Positions 45,166-58,769 of a stretch of DNA of 64,000 bases are shown piece after piece. The position numbers and the translations under genes were made by a program. The stretch lies in NCBI RefSeq assembly GCF_009914755.1, contig NC_060934.1; one strand, 5' to 3'. Each line of letters opens with the position of its first letter. Positions within the stretch are counted from its first letter, which is position 1. Under the pieces are notes generated by a model. It ran no database searches. It saw nothing but the letters and a program-made list of their open reading frames with translations, and was not told where the DNA came from. This DNA comes from the human T2T-CHM13v2.0 reference genome, Homo sapiens.

Positions 45166-45764
45166 AATGCAGAAGAGAGACGAGGCAGAATGGGTGGGTG
45201 AGGGCTAGCTCATGAAAAACCTAGAAGTCCAGAGGAGACGCTTGGACTTTCTCATGAGGGTCCCAGGCAGTGGTGTGCTGGTAAATGACTAACAACCGGT
45301 TCTGGGGTGGAAGTGGTTAATTCACAGCTTGCTCATTTCTGGGTTGTAATTACTATAAAGATCACATGAGATCATCTGTGTCCAACCTCGTAAGAGCTGA
45401 AGCATGGAAGAAAGAAAAGTTGTTATTCTCTAATTGACAGGATACCTTTTGGATTTGCTGAATCCACAGTCTCTTCTTCTAAACAATTCACCTGTCAAAA
45501 TTATTTGTCATGAAAGCCTTTATTGTCATGAGAGTTGATTTACTCTTCAAAGGAATCTGTTTCGCTCTGACCTCTTTGAGCACACTTGACAGGGGTTTTG
45601 CACTGTGACCTCCCAGGAATCTTGCAAGCATCACCCAGAAGATAGGTCATCTGCTATTCCCACTTGTATTCATGGCAATGACAATTTATTCCAGGCATTG
45701 GTCATGAGATTTGCACTTCTTCACATATTCATTCACATATTTGTTTACACATTCATACTAGTAA

Positions 45765-45940
45765 TAGCTAACATTTATTATGACGTGCCAAGACCTGTCA
45801 GACATGAATGTATTAACTTCTCAAAATGACCTATAAGTCCTATTACTGCATACATGTTATACAGAAAAAAACTGAGGCTCAAAAAAGGTACACCCTAGTA
45901 AGTATCAGAGCTAGAATCTGAATGCAGGTAGTCTGTCTGG
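45765..45940 (-). mobile_element. MIR
   Basis: 'aaaaactgaggctc…agtaagtatcagagctagaatctgaatgcaggtagtctg'. Confidence 0.65.
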
Positions 45941-46289
45941 GGATAAGCCATGGTGCCTCTCACATTTCCTTTTCATTAACTAAATAAACTGTCCTGTAGC
46001 CCTCAACAGTCTTCCCGTAATTCACAGATGCCTTGAAGGGGGTTGTTCTGAAAAAGAATAAAGTTTTTTCCTGTTTGCACCCAACTGAGGTCAGTAGTTT
46101 AATAAATGCATCATAGTAGCTCTTTGTAAGAGAATCTGATGTGTACATCATACTCAAACCTATTTCTGGTTTTATTGGCTTTATGGTAAAAATTTAATAG
46201 CATCATAAAAATATACAATGTCTGCATCAGCTCCTCCTGGGTTCTCAGGTGGAAGAATCCCTTTTCAGGTAAGATTATTCCTTGCCTAT

Positions 46290-46737
46290 TTGAGGAGTGA
46301 CTCCGAGATGAAGTGACTCCATCTTGGATGCTAATCTGCCACTTCGACTTCTGATTAGCCCCAATTCCGTGAATGCCTCCTGGTTCTTACTTTATTTACC
46401 ATCCCTAGTGTAAGAACATGTCAATCTTGATGTTATCACACAAATTATAGGCTGTGACACGCATAGCATTCTTGCCTATTCTGTAGGATTGCTTTTAGTT
46501 GTCCCGCCCAGAGCACACACACCCTTTTCCTATGGTGGATAAGCCCTGGGTCTGGGGGTAACATAACATTATGGAGATCTCCCTGTCTTTCTGCTGCCAA
46601 AGACCATGCTTCCATCCGTAAGTTCCCCAGATAAATCACCCTTTACCAAAAAAACTGGATTTTGTCCTTGTTCTTTGGTTTCTTGTCTCCTCCTGTATTT
46701 GGGGGTCACTTTGTGTATGTGGCCCTTTCTTGGAACA
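46290..46737 (+). mobile_element. ERV1 solo LTR (MER31-like)
   Basis: 'gactccatcttggatgctaatctgcc…' ending ggaaca, probable TSD CTAT; subfamily from recall. Confidence 0.65.
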
Positions 46738-49700
46738 CTATCTCAGAGGCCCCTTCAGATTAGAAACTGTCTCACACTTTCTTAGGAAAACATTTTGATA
46801 TCAGCAAACATTTCCTTGAATTTAATCTAAACCTGTCATTCTTCAGCTCCAACAAATCTCCTCTTATTCAAGTCTCCATTAAGATAAAGTATAGGCTGTC
46901 ATAGGCTTGGGCATAATCATGTGTGTGATATTTAGTGTATTTGCAAGTAATTGTCAAGCCTTCCACAGTCATCCCACTCAGGCTAACCATTCCTTAACCC
47001 TTAGTGATTTCTGGTTCACAGAGTTCTTTACATGAGAAATTCCAGTGCTTGATCTGAATTCATGTACAAGCAAGGTGGAACACAGTGGATCATTCCAGGC
47101 ACTATTCTCCATGGAATCCTGGCAAAGTTTCAAGCAGATGTCGAATAATTCTAAGTGACTTTAAGAGTTTCACATACTCTATACTAATTGCCCTAAGGAG
47201 CCATAGAGCTTTGACTATACATATTTTATTCTTCCTTTTGATCCTATATTGTGTGTATTTCAGAATTTTGACATCTTACCTCTGTATCTAACGTGTTTCC
47301 AAAAATATAGCATGATCAGGAAAGACAATTCTTGAACTAACTCTAGCTCTGTGTGGCTGACTATTATGCCCAGGTACAAAAGAGCAGGACTCGCCGGACA
47401 TGATTCCTGGGCTAATTTCAAATGCTCCTTCTTTAAAAGATCTGCTTCCATTTCCCCTTAATTGCCCCTTTCATAAAATGACCAGATCCTCTCAGAAGAT
47501 TTCCTTTAGACAGTTACTTTATGCCACAAATCACAAATGTTCCTCGAAAAAAGTATCTGAAGTACAGCGCAGGATATGTCTTTGTAGGAGAAATAAGACA
47601 GGGTCAGACAGAGAAAAAGACACCAACGCTGGGAAGTTAGGTGATTGTAAACTGAGAGCAGGTGTTAAAGGAAACCATATTGGAGTATTCAGAAAAACTC
47701 AAATTAGCACACGAAATAGTTAATCAACTTTTTAAAAGTTACAACTATCCTTTCTAGGGTTAATTTCCATCCACTCTCTATTTACCGCACAAACATTTGG
47801 TAAAAACATAGCTATAATCTTATTTGGATATTTAAGAAAAGAACTCCAATCAAGCCATCTTCCCTCCCTTCCACTCCCCTACCTCTCTTCCCTGGCCTCT
47901 TCTCCCCTGTCCTCTCCTCTCCTCTTTTCTTCCCCTCCCTTCCTCTCCACCTTCTTTTGATGCCACAGTTTCTTCAGATTACACTCCTTACAGTCATGAA
48001 AAGTAAAGACTTGGCCTGATTTCATGTGGCCTTACCAAAGTGCTCCCTGCAAATTTTGCAGCCACCATGAATCACAAGACGCTGAATACGAGGGGAGTTT
48101 TTTTTTTTTGTTTATTTGTTTGTTTTTTTGCGAGCCTCATTCACTAGAAGCAGGGCTCAGAAGATTAGATGGAATTATGAAGTTTGGAGGATTAAAAATC
48201 TAACTAAAAGGACACATTAAAAAAATTCACGGACATGATTGATTATAAAATGATTTCCTTTACTCTCATAGAAGAAACCACTCAATCACCTTCTCTCTCT
48301 CTCTTTTTTTCTTGCTTTTTTCACCCCTGCCTCTGCAAACATCATTTGCTATGGTTGAAATCCTGAGACCTGTGTCAGGGCCTGCCAGAAGGCCAGTTAG
48401 AAATATATCCATCAGCCTAGAGACTCCTTTAGATTGCATTATATATAAAAGGAAGAATAAGCAGTGTGCCCAAGTGAATCCAGCCAAAAGCCAAAGCTGT
48501 GCAATGGCTGTGTATCACTGACAATGCACTAACTGTGATTAGGGGAGGCCAGCTGCCACCCTGTCTGTTTCTAGGTATGTCAAGTGTGGCCGCCCACCCA
48601 GGAGACAGAGTATGTTCAGGTGCCCTCTCTGCAACTGCCTTAATTTCAATGCTCATGAACTGTGTTTCTCACCCTGTTTTGCCATTTCCAGTTAATCTCA
48701 TGCATATTTATGTGCCAATTATGCAAATCCCAAGATAAAAATGCATTAAGCACCCATGATTTAGACTGGTTAAGTCCATTACATGGTGTAATGAAATTAT
48801 TGCATGATGTCCAATTTACCTCAATGCTTGCTTTAAACTGTCCATAAGTTATTGAATAACCATAACATGCCAAAATTTAGCTCTAGGAGGCTTCCTTTGT
48901 CTGACCTATCATCATACCAGGAAATCAGAAACTTCAAGCTAAATCCTCACCAAAGGGAGAAAATATTTCAGAACAGACTTAAGGAGGCATAATGTGATCA
49001 AAGTTTAAGTATGGCAACCACCTTGTCACGGATATGTCTTCTCTTCGGATAAATTAAAAATATCGCTGGGTAATTTCAACAACATTTGGACAGGGCAACT
49101 TAGGATTTAAAACCAAGCCTTGCCAATGGGATTCTCCTCTTGCCCAGTCAGGTCTTGTTCCCTCAGTCATGATGATATTGTAGGTCACTGAATTCAAATG
49201 CAGTTTGAATTTTCAATATGGAAATATCCATTTCCAGCATTAGAAATAAAAAGACTAAAAAAGAATTCACAGAAGCAATTTAAACACATACACATACACA
49301 AATCCCTTGAAACCTAAAAACTGAAGGGTTTGAATGAGAATCTATTTGCTATGTAGAGATTTTATGTTTAAACTTTGGTAGGACCCGAACCCCACAGTTT
49401 CCATGTTTATTAGACAATATGATGATCAAGGAACAAGCCATGATGTGAGTGATACTGATAAATATAATATGTGAGCAGCCTGACTCACTGACATCCATTT
49501 CTCCCCCGACTATAGCATGCCATTTTAATCGGCTCATGGTGTGATTTACGCAGAGCCTGGGTCCTGATTATTTGCATAGGGAACTCCCTTCGAAGTCTAC
49601 GAGAGTTGTACTCGCGTGAGGTTAGGAGCTCGGATCCACAGATCTGTTAGGCGCCAGAGACTGCACAATACTGCGATAGTTTGCAATTTGAAAACCTGGT

Positions 49701-51096
49701 CAAATGAACAGATTACGATGCCATTCCCCAAAGCATTCAAACCTCATCCTGTCAATCAAGTGAGCTAGGATGCCAGTGTCATTTGCCATTTTCTTTGCTG
49801 TGGTAGGGGATCATGAAACAGCACCTTGGATTGAAGTGTACTGCCTGTAAGCAACAGGATTCCAGCTACATGCCCAGTGAGAACAAGTGGGTCACCAAGG
49901 GGATCTCAAAGATCTGCCAGCCCGCAGAAGGGCTGGAGTTAGAGCCTTTGTAACAAACTCTCACTTGAGGCTATCCTTCTAATGAATGACTCTCAGACAT
50001 GGGTGAACATAACAGAGATGGGAAATTCTCGCAAAGGATGGGGTGTCTTCCTGCACAAGACCTACTTCTAACATTCTCTGAAAATATCATGGTCAGGCTC
50101 ATTAACCAGCAGGAAAAAAAAATGTTCAATGACAAGAGTCTATTTGTGTCCAAATCATTACACAGGGCATCAAAGAGATGAGGTAAATCAAAGCTTTGTC
50201 CTATTGACTTTAACTCTGCTGTGTGTTTAGAGATCTATTTGCCCCTTGATTTGTTTTGAAATTTCTGATTAAGAAAAGTAATATTTCTAGCATTATTGAA
50301 AACTTTGGATCTATCCATTTAGAGTTATAGGTAAATATAGCAGATATCAAATAACACCTTCATCGTCTGAGCTTATAATGGAAAACCCCACGTTCAAAGC
50401 GTCTCTTGAAAGTGAAAAAGCAAACTCCAGCCAAGAAGAACAAGCGCTTAGAGTCTTCAGGAGACCAAAACCAGTTCCCCGTGAGCATTTCTAAATGTTA
50501 CAGGACCAAGTTCAAGATGTCAGGCTAGAGCAGTGCTCTGAAATCTTTTCTGCAGGTCTGCTATTTTTCCGAGAACACATTGGCCTCCAGAATGCATTAA
50601 CCTACTTTCTACAGAGAGGATTCCCTGGTCCTCCTGCTCTGAAGAAGAGGAGGAGGAAGAGGAAGAGGAAAGAGGCTATTTCAAGTGGGAGCTGGGCACA
50701 CTCTTTGCCTTAAACGTGTTACTCCTCCTGCTAAACAGCAATACGATCTGAGAAATTGGTACTTCCTGCAAACGAACAGCTCCGAGGGCTGCACGGCCCC
50801 AAAGCAAGAGTGACTGGAAATCCTGCTAAAATATGGCTGTCTAATCAACCGAGAGGCGAACTCATTTACTGAGGTTCCCATTGTCCACGCTGACAGATGG
50901 CTCGCTCCCCTCTCTGCTCTCCCCTTCTCCTCAGATCGCGCTGCCGTGCAGGCAAGCCTATTCTTTGAGAGATCCAGTTGCAATCGCCAGCCTAGTTCTG
51001 AAATGAGACAAAAGCTCCGTGAGCCTCCTCCCATGCACAGAGCCTTTTCTGTCCCTCCAAGCAGAAGGAAAAGAAATCCAGATCCACTCCCCTTAC

Positions 51097-51129
51097 CTTC
51101 GTCCTCATCGGAGACAGGAGCCCTTCCAT
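51097..51129 (-). CDS. FRMD4A: Coding part of an alternative first exon, MEGLLSPMRTK (phase 0); probably a FRMD4A N-terminal isoform
   Basis: Minus strand reads GCCACC-ATG-GAA-GGG-CTC-CTG-TCT-CCG-ATG-AGG-ACG-AAG|GTAAGG: perfect Kozak, 33 nt, consensus donor, in a CpG-enriched non-repeat region. Gene name is from recall of a FRMD4A isoform MEGLLSPMRTK-MTEGRRCQVH...; the shared downstream exon was not found in this window. Confidence 0.6.
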
Positions 51130-51660
51130 GGTGGCAGAATCCTCATGCCAGTTTCTGTCTCCTGCAAGTTACTCTCTCTGTGTGCCGTGCTTAAGCATCC
51201 CACATGAAAAGAGCCATGTCGGGAGCCGTGGTGGCTCCCCTCTCCCGGGTGGCGCCTCTGCACCGCCACCCGGTCTAACTTGAATCCCCAGCGCCTGCAA
51301 AGCGCCGTTCCTGGAGAAGCCTGCTCCTCTCCTCGCCCTGGTCCCCTCTCTCTTTCTCCCTCTCCCGCGCTCTCTCTCCTCCCTCTCTCTCCTCCCTCTC
51401 TCTTTCCATAATCTGCCTACAGCTCTCTGTGTACCCTGCTCACTTGACAAATGATCTCTGTCTTAGGTAACGCATTTGAACCAAGAACAGTGATCTGAAC
51501 CAACCCACAGGGCAGCTCATCCAGGGCAGGAGGCGAGGGGGGCTGAGCCGGAGCATCCAGCCGCTTTGGGCTCTGTAGCTTGTTCTCTCCAGAGCTGAGA
51601 GCACTGTTGCGTTTGTTCGTTCATTCATTCATTCATTCATTCATTCATTCATTCGTTCAT
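51130..51660 (-). promoter_or_regulatory. Promoter/5'UTR region upstream of the MEGLLSPMRTK exon
   Basis: GC- and CpG-enriched (51180-51370, 51530-51565), CT/GA tract 51325-51410, no transposons, directly upstream of the Kozak ATG. Confidence 0.6.
51444..51612 (-). other. Candidate non-coding upstream first exon
   Basis: Minus-strand donor TTTGTCAA|GTGAGC at 51444/51443 in the promoter region; the 5' boundary is a guess. Confidence 0.3.
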
Positions 51661-51668
51661 CATTCCTT
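51619..51668. repeat. (ATTC)n
   Basis: Seen directly. Confidence 0.9.
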
Positions 51669-51953
51669 CCTCTCTTAAGAAGTGGGACTCCCACAGGAAT
51701 GGATCTAGTTGACACCATTACTGAGCTGCTTTTCTGGTCTGTGTACAGAAAGCTGAAAAAGAAATCCCACTGCGTGGAGTACTTCTAAATACCCATGTTC
51801 AGCCCACTGTGAATTTCACACCTGGATAGTTAACTGGGTTCTTCTGCAGTTTGGCCAGATGTTTAGAGGCACATAACTGTAGCCTCTTTTTAGAGAAAGT
51901 TTCAAAAACAGATTTATGGACTCTGATCCTGAATAGTTGAGTATTAAAAAAAA

Positions 51954-51955
<2 letters not shown>

Positions 51956-51993
<38 letters not shown>

Positions 51994-52005
51994 ACGCGCG
52001 CGTAC
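51956..52005. repeat. (GT)n followed by an alternating CG run
   Basis: About 18 GT units, then acgcgcgcgtacg. Confidence 0.92.
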
Positions 52006-52595
52006 GGGCACACTGTCCAGGAGTCCAAATAAATCAGGATTGACTGTTTCATTCAGCATTGCTGGTCACTTGGAAAAAAATACACAATGAAAGAAAAATG
52101 GCAAAGACCTAGGTCAGAGCATAATGCAGTTGAAAAGATGAGATTTTTCTGAACTTCTTTATGCTTGAGGAATTTTCTCTGTGAGAATAATTCAACATCT
52201 CTACTTCAACTGGTGACTCCTTAAATGTGGCTACACACATCTATGCCATCACCAAGGGGCCAGGACCCCTTTTGCATCATATATGTGACACATGTGCACC
52301 ATACATGAACCTATCAATGTGATTTAAGGAAGATGCCCCTGTCCCTTGCCCTTCTTTCCATCTGTGATTCTTGTACTCACAAGACATCCCCAAGATAGGG
52401 CGAGCCACTCTGTCCTCCAGATGGAATCACAGGCTGGTCCCAGGCCCCTGCCTCTTCCTTCATTGATGCTTTTCACCCCTAATTAACATCCTTCTTCTCC
52501 TCCCGTTCACACATCAGCATTCCAATAGAACTTCAGTATCTACACCAACTCTATCACCTCTTGATCACCTCCTTCGTAGTCTCCAGTTTGCTTCC

Positions 52596-52898
52596 TTTTT
52601 TTTTTTTTTTTTTTTTACAGGGTGTCTGTCTGTTGCTCAGGCTGCAGTACAGTGGTGCAATGATGATGGCTCACTGCAGCCTTGAACTACTGGGTTCAAG
52701 AGATCCTCCTGCCTCAGCCTCCTGAATATCTGTGACTGTAGGCATGCACCACCATGCCCAACTAATTTTTAATTTTTTTATGGAGACAGGGTCTTGCTAT
52801 GTTTCCCAGGCTGGTCTCAAACTCCTGGCCTCAAGAGATCCTTCCGCCTCAGCCTCTCAAAGTGTTGGGATTACAGATGTGAGCCGCTGCTCAGGGTC
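52596..52898 (-). mobile_element. AluJ
   Basis: Antisense dimer. Confidence 0.92.
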
Positions 52899-53164
52899 CA
52901 ATTTTCTATTCTTAACTCTTTCTCTGCGTCACCTTAGTTGCAGGCTGCAACCTCATTCTCACTTAACCAGACATGTACATCCTTTGACCAGAGTCTTAGC
53001 ATCCTGACAAATCTGTAGACCCAACATATTGAGTGCAACTCGCTGTCCTTATATAAAAGATTATTGCCATTTCTGGGGGACTCTGGACCTTATTTCTTGG
53101 GTATTGACTTAAACAATACTTCTTATTTTGTATTGTAGTGTTTAGGGATCCCTAATATTTTCTT

Positions 53165-53295
53165 CTATTCATGTAGTCATTCAACAAATAGTTGTAAGGC
53201 ACCTAGTATGTGCTGGAAGCTGTTCTTGTTCTGATGATACAGTGGAGAATAGGGTAGACAAAGTCCTTGTTCCAAGGCCCTATATTTCATAGCAG
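53165..53295 (-). mobile_element. L2 fragment
   Basis: 'tcattcaacaaatagttgtaaggcacctagtatgtgc'. Confidence 0.65.
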
Positions 53296-53488
53296 GTTTG
53301 ATACAAAACTCAACCAACTCATCAAGCCCTTCCATCTATCATTGCATTATTCATACCAACCTCTCTCCATGTTTTTGGGTTTCTCTGTGGGATTGCAAAC
53401 CTTCTGATGTGACTTCCATTTCCAGTTTAGTGCCAGTCTCTTTGTGACACTTCTCCTAACTGTACACCCATGATCAACTTTCTCCTAG

Positions 53489-53857
<369 letters not shown>

Positions 53858-54258
53858 TAATTCTATTCTCTGTCCTCTTCCCCAGACCCTTCCTCTATCT
53901 CCCCAAAGGTTTCATTTTTCAGTGTCAGGGAAGGAAATCACTCTTGTTTACTCAAAACAGAGATGCCGTTCCTCATCCTCCCCGGTTATTGGCCCTGAAC
54001 CATTAAAACGACTTGTTATCCCACTCACTGTTGAGACATCGCCCATGCCATGTGCTACATTTAGCTTCCATCCCGTTGGATTCTTCAATAACTAGAATAA
54101 GCTGCATCCATTATTTGCTTTTTTACTTTCGACAATTCTTTCCTGAAGCATTCTGCCCTGTTCATGACATGTAAAGGTTCATGAACAGGTTTGCACTGTT
54201 TGTGCCCTTTCTAAACTCAGAAACCCCTCTCATCAGAATTTCCAATCATGTACCCTTC

Positions 54259-54545
54259 TTTTTGTTTGTTTTTGTTTTTGTTTTTTTTGAGACAAAGTAT
54301 CGCTCTGTTGCCCGGGCTGGAGTGCAGTGGCATGATCTTGGCTCACTGCAATCTCTACCTCCTGGATTCAAGTGATTCCCGTGCCTCAGCCTCCACCATG
54401 CCCAGCTAATTTTTTTTGTATTTTCAGTAGAGATGGGGTTTCGCTATGTTGGCGGGGCTGGTCTTGAACACCTGGCCACAAATTATCCACCAACCTTGAC
54501 CTCCCAAAGTGCTGGGATTATAGGTGTCAGCCACTGTGCCTGGCC
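54259..54545 (-). mobile_element. AluS with an internal deletion
   Basis: 'cagcctcc|accatgccc' lacks about 28 bp; TSD ccaatcatgt(a/c)cccttct. Confidence 0.92.
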
Positions 54546-56824
54546 CCAATCATGTCCCCTTCTCAAGAGTTTTATCCTTGATATTAAAAAAAATATATCT
54601 CTGGTACAATTGATTACCTGCCCCGCTGCCTCCTGGCCCTCTGTACTCTCTCTGGCTCTCAATCTCCCTAAAGGTTTGTTTAAAGTAGATAGAACAGAGG
54701 GGGGACTATGCCAAGGTTAAACAAAATTCGACTGATTGCATGTTTAAGGCCGGTTGTTTTCTGAAAAACTCCAACCATAGATTTTGGAACCAGAATAGCT
54801 TTCCTGAGTCAAAGGAAAGGACTTTCGGAAGGAATTTGGAATATTCTGTATAAGTGCACCACTTAGGGAGGGTAGAACTTTTCTGGTTGTTTACACACCA
54901 GCCATTTAGCCCCTGGAGCCTGGGGTTGTTCACCATATTTTTATAATGGTCTGAGAGGTCCTTGACGAAACCTCTGGAATCAATAGGACTTGGAACCTAT
55001 CAATTAGCTCCTGAGATGATGCTGCTGTTGATGGTAAAGATGAGAATGGCAATAGCTGTTGAATGCTTACCTGGTGGCAGGCACTGGGCTAAGTGATTTC
55101 ATGCAGTAGTTCACACAATTCCCTTACCCCCTGCCCTACGAGGGAAGTACTATTCTTACTGCTATACTGCAGAAGCTTCAGCTAAGTAATTCACCCACAC
55201 AGCATTCAGTTCAATGAAGCCACTGCTGGTGTACTATTTCCACCTTGTGTTACTTCATTAAAAATAATCCCCACCAACATAAGACATATAAAGACTTAAA
55301 AGTACATTTTAAATTTCTGTTCTTTATTAGTCAGGGGTTGCAAAGTAAGCATTTGAAAGTATTTTATTTTAGACTATTAGGCTATTACATTGAGTACCTC
55401 GTTCACTTATGTATTCAGGAAACCAATATTCATTGAACATCCACTTCAAGCCAGGTTCTGTGTTAGACACTTAAAAGCACAAAGTCTTGTGTTTATCAAA
55501 GATAAACATTTACAAAATGGAGCACATTAGTCCATTTATCACTTATGATTTCCAAGTCCTTTAAATACTGATGACTGCACCTTTTATGTCTTGTGTGAAG
55601 TGGTTGAATTGTTGCAGGGTGAAGGGGGCAGGAAGAGAGAGAGGGTGGTGGGGATTAGAAAATATTTTAACCTGGGCAATAAATGTCCGTGAAGAATAAT
55701 TGTCAGATCATTAGGCACCCTAACACCCTTGACATTGATCAATGTTACCAAAGTATCCAGAAGCAAGAACGATTTGCATTTTTGCCTCACAGATTTCTTT
55801 GGATTAGGGCACTCTCTGCTTGCAATTTACCATCTGGGGTTAACCCAAACTTAGAAAAAAAAAAGTCAATAAATATCAAATATGTAGACACTGGTGAAAT
55901 ATTAATTAAGTTTACACCACAAGAGAAAGGGAGTTTTCTCTGAAATCTGACTTAAGGAATTTCTACTTTGTGGTAGGTGGACTTCTCACCTATAGAGGAA
56001 AACTCCCCACACCAAGAAACCTCTCTTAGCAAATGCCCTTGCCCTTTGAGCCACCCTTCTTTCATATTTTGATGTCAAAAAAGAGAGGGAAATAATAACT
56101 TTATAATAAACTTCTCTAGACTAGGAGCACTTGTAAACGTCACAAAGGCTGTTGGGTAGGCCATGGTTGGAGGCTCAGGTTTTCCATCTCTTGGGCTTAA
56201 ACACTGACCCTTTCTTCCCCACATCTTTGCCATTTTTGAGGTTAATTTATTTAGGCCCCTTAGAGTCTCTGGGGATCATAGCTAGCCAAACAATTAGGTT
56301 TTATTATCTGGGATTGCACTGCCTGCTTCATAAAGAGTTGATGATTTATTAAGGTGAGAAGATTGTGACCTAAGCACCATGAAGGCTTTACCCTCTGTGA
56401 CCTGCTCACCACTCTTTACTATTTAGAAACATCTTCATCAAATTGTAGGCTTTGGGATGATAATGGATAGAAAAGGTCTTCTTCCTGGATCAGTTCCAGA
56501 TATCTTGGGTAACACTGAAGGAGTTATGTAACTAACATGACAAATCTCCTTCCCCCTTTTTCTCTCTGCCTCAACCCTCCTCAGCCACACATATTTGCTT
56601 TCATTTATAATATAAATATCCGAACCTAGCACAGAGAAAATTTTCACCTGCTATGTACTAAAGTGCTCAATAAAAATTGTGATTTAATATTAAGTGCTTA
56701 AATTTATTCATGTCTAGGTAAGAGAAAACATTCTACAAGTTCTTGCGATACAAAAATTATATAGCGATTAACATTCTTTCAAATTGTTTTTACATGTGTT
56801 TGCCTTTTTAAAAACCTCAGAATG

Positions 56825-57163
<339 letters not shown>

Positions 57164-57364
57164 TCACAATGATCCCATGAGATGTGGCAGGTATTCATTT
57201 TCATTTTATAAGATTGGAGAGGTGAATAGAAGAGTAATATTTATTGAGCATCAGCTTTGTTCCAGGGCTTGAGCTAGATACTCTTCAGTGTCATCTCACT
57301 TAATTTTAACAGGTGTATTATTATTCCCATTTAACATATGATGACCTGAGATTGAGAGCATTAA

Positions 57365-57745
57365 GTATGGTAGTAGATAGCATCATTTGGTCCTGATTAT
57401 TCATACATTTTGTTATCCATGCAATTTGCTGTGTGACTTTGCCACCCTCTCTTTTTCCCCAAGTATGGATAGAAGGCTAGCAAAGGCGGTACAAGCAGAA
57501 TTTTGAAATGCGCATGGGAAAGATACACCCACGCTAGTCTGCTGATTCCAACGGGAGGATAACAGAAGACCCAACCTCCATTACAGACTTACGAGCAAGC
57601 CAGAGAATCACAAATGAGTGAGACTAGCCAAGATCAGCTGAGCCCAGCCTACATCAGCAAAACTCTACAGTCTTCTGAAAAACCAATGCCTATTACTGTG
57701 TGGCACCAGGCATTGCATTTGTTATGCAGCCAATGGATACGATTC
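57365..57745. mobile_element. MLT1 (MaLR) LTR remnant
   Basis: 'agccaagatcagctgagcccagcct…ttactgtgtggcacc…tttgttatgcagc'. Confidence 0.55.
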
Positions 57746-58677
57746 CTAATCCAAGATGAGAGTTCCTAAACTGTGGAGCAGAGCTGACTAGAACTCCAAA
57801 CGCAGGTTTTCTCACTCCAAAAATTTCAAGTTCTTCCAATGCTGTCACATTTCTGTGGCTCACCCATGCGCAGTGATGGGTTGTATGATTACTATTTTCC
57901 AGACCCCAGATCAATGTCTAAGCTCCAAGACACACATTCCGGCACTTCTATGTTATTGAATGTCAAGTATAGGATCTACTGTATTTTATTTACAATTCCT
58001 TAAAATTGTGGCACACTGAGGAAAACACGGTATGAGGTTCTATGCCTTGATCAGTCATCTCGTCTTTATGATCTTTTAGACTCTGCCCCATTTTCTAAAG
58101 AACAGCAATTGCCTAAAGTTATCAGCAATCGGTACAGAAGTTAATTGGAATCTAGCCCTTGGAGACTTTTCCCTTCAGCAGTTCTTGCCTTTCCGAAAAA
58201 GTGTCTCACAGTGGGAAAAATAAAACTGCTTTTCTTCATTATCATAAACACTTCAGCTGGAAATGGTTCTCTACCTGCCCCGATGTTTTATGAAAACATC
58301 TAAAGAGCAGAGTGACATTATTTTCCAGTGTTTGAAAAGAGGTATTTCCACTTTTTTCTTTTTTTTGTTTTTTTCCTTAAGGTTTGTGGTTTAAGTACTT
58401 TTGTCAAGAGGGAGAAGAAAACCGACAGCTGCTGCAGCCCCAGATTGCTGCCCCGTGTTTGCTCAGAAGACCTCTGGGAGCCCAGATAAGGAGAAAGCTG
58501 AGAGACAGGCATCTGGGCGGAAGCAATGCCTCCTTCTTCCCGTCGTCACAGAGGGGAAGCAGTTGGATGTTCCTGCAAAGTTAGCATGCAGGGTAGCATT
58601 TTTACCTCCCGCTTTTGTTGGGTTATTTCCAAGCTCCAAACTAAAGAATTGTGCGACAGAAATTATGTAGGGAAACA

Positions 58678-58765
58678 TTTTAATTTTTGACAAATAAAAA
58701 TTGCACATATTTCTGGTATAAAACACTATGTTCTGATATATGTACGCATTGTGAAATGATTACCA
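58678..58765 (-). mobile_element. L1MA 3' end fragment
   Basis: 'ttgacaaataaaaattgcacatatt…tgatatatgtacgcattgtgaaatgatt'. Confidence 0.65.
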
Positions 58766-58769
58766 TGAA

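Noticed and set aside
49627-49640. GAGCTCGGATCCAC resembles a plasmid polylinker
   Set aside because: Only 14 bp, and the flanks do not continue as vector; compatible with chance.
51440-51628. 62-aa ORF in the promoter region
   Set aside because: Starts in the (GAAT)n repeat, its donor would be phase 2, and I recognise no homology; more likely UTR.
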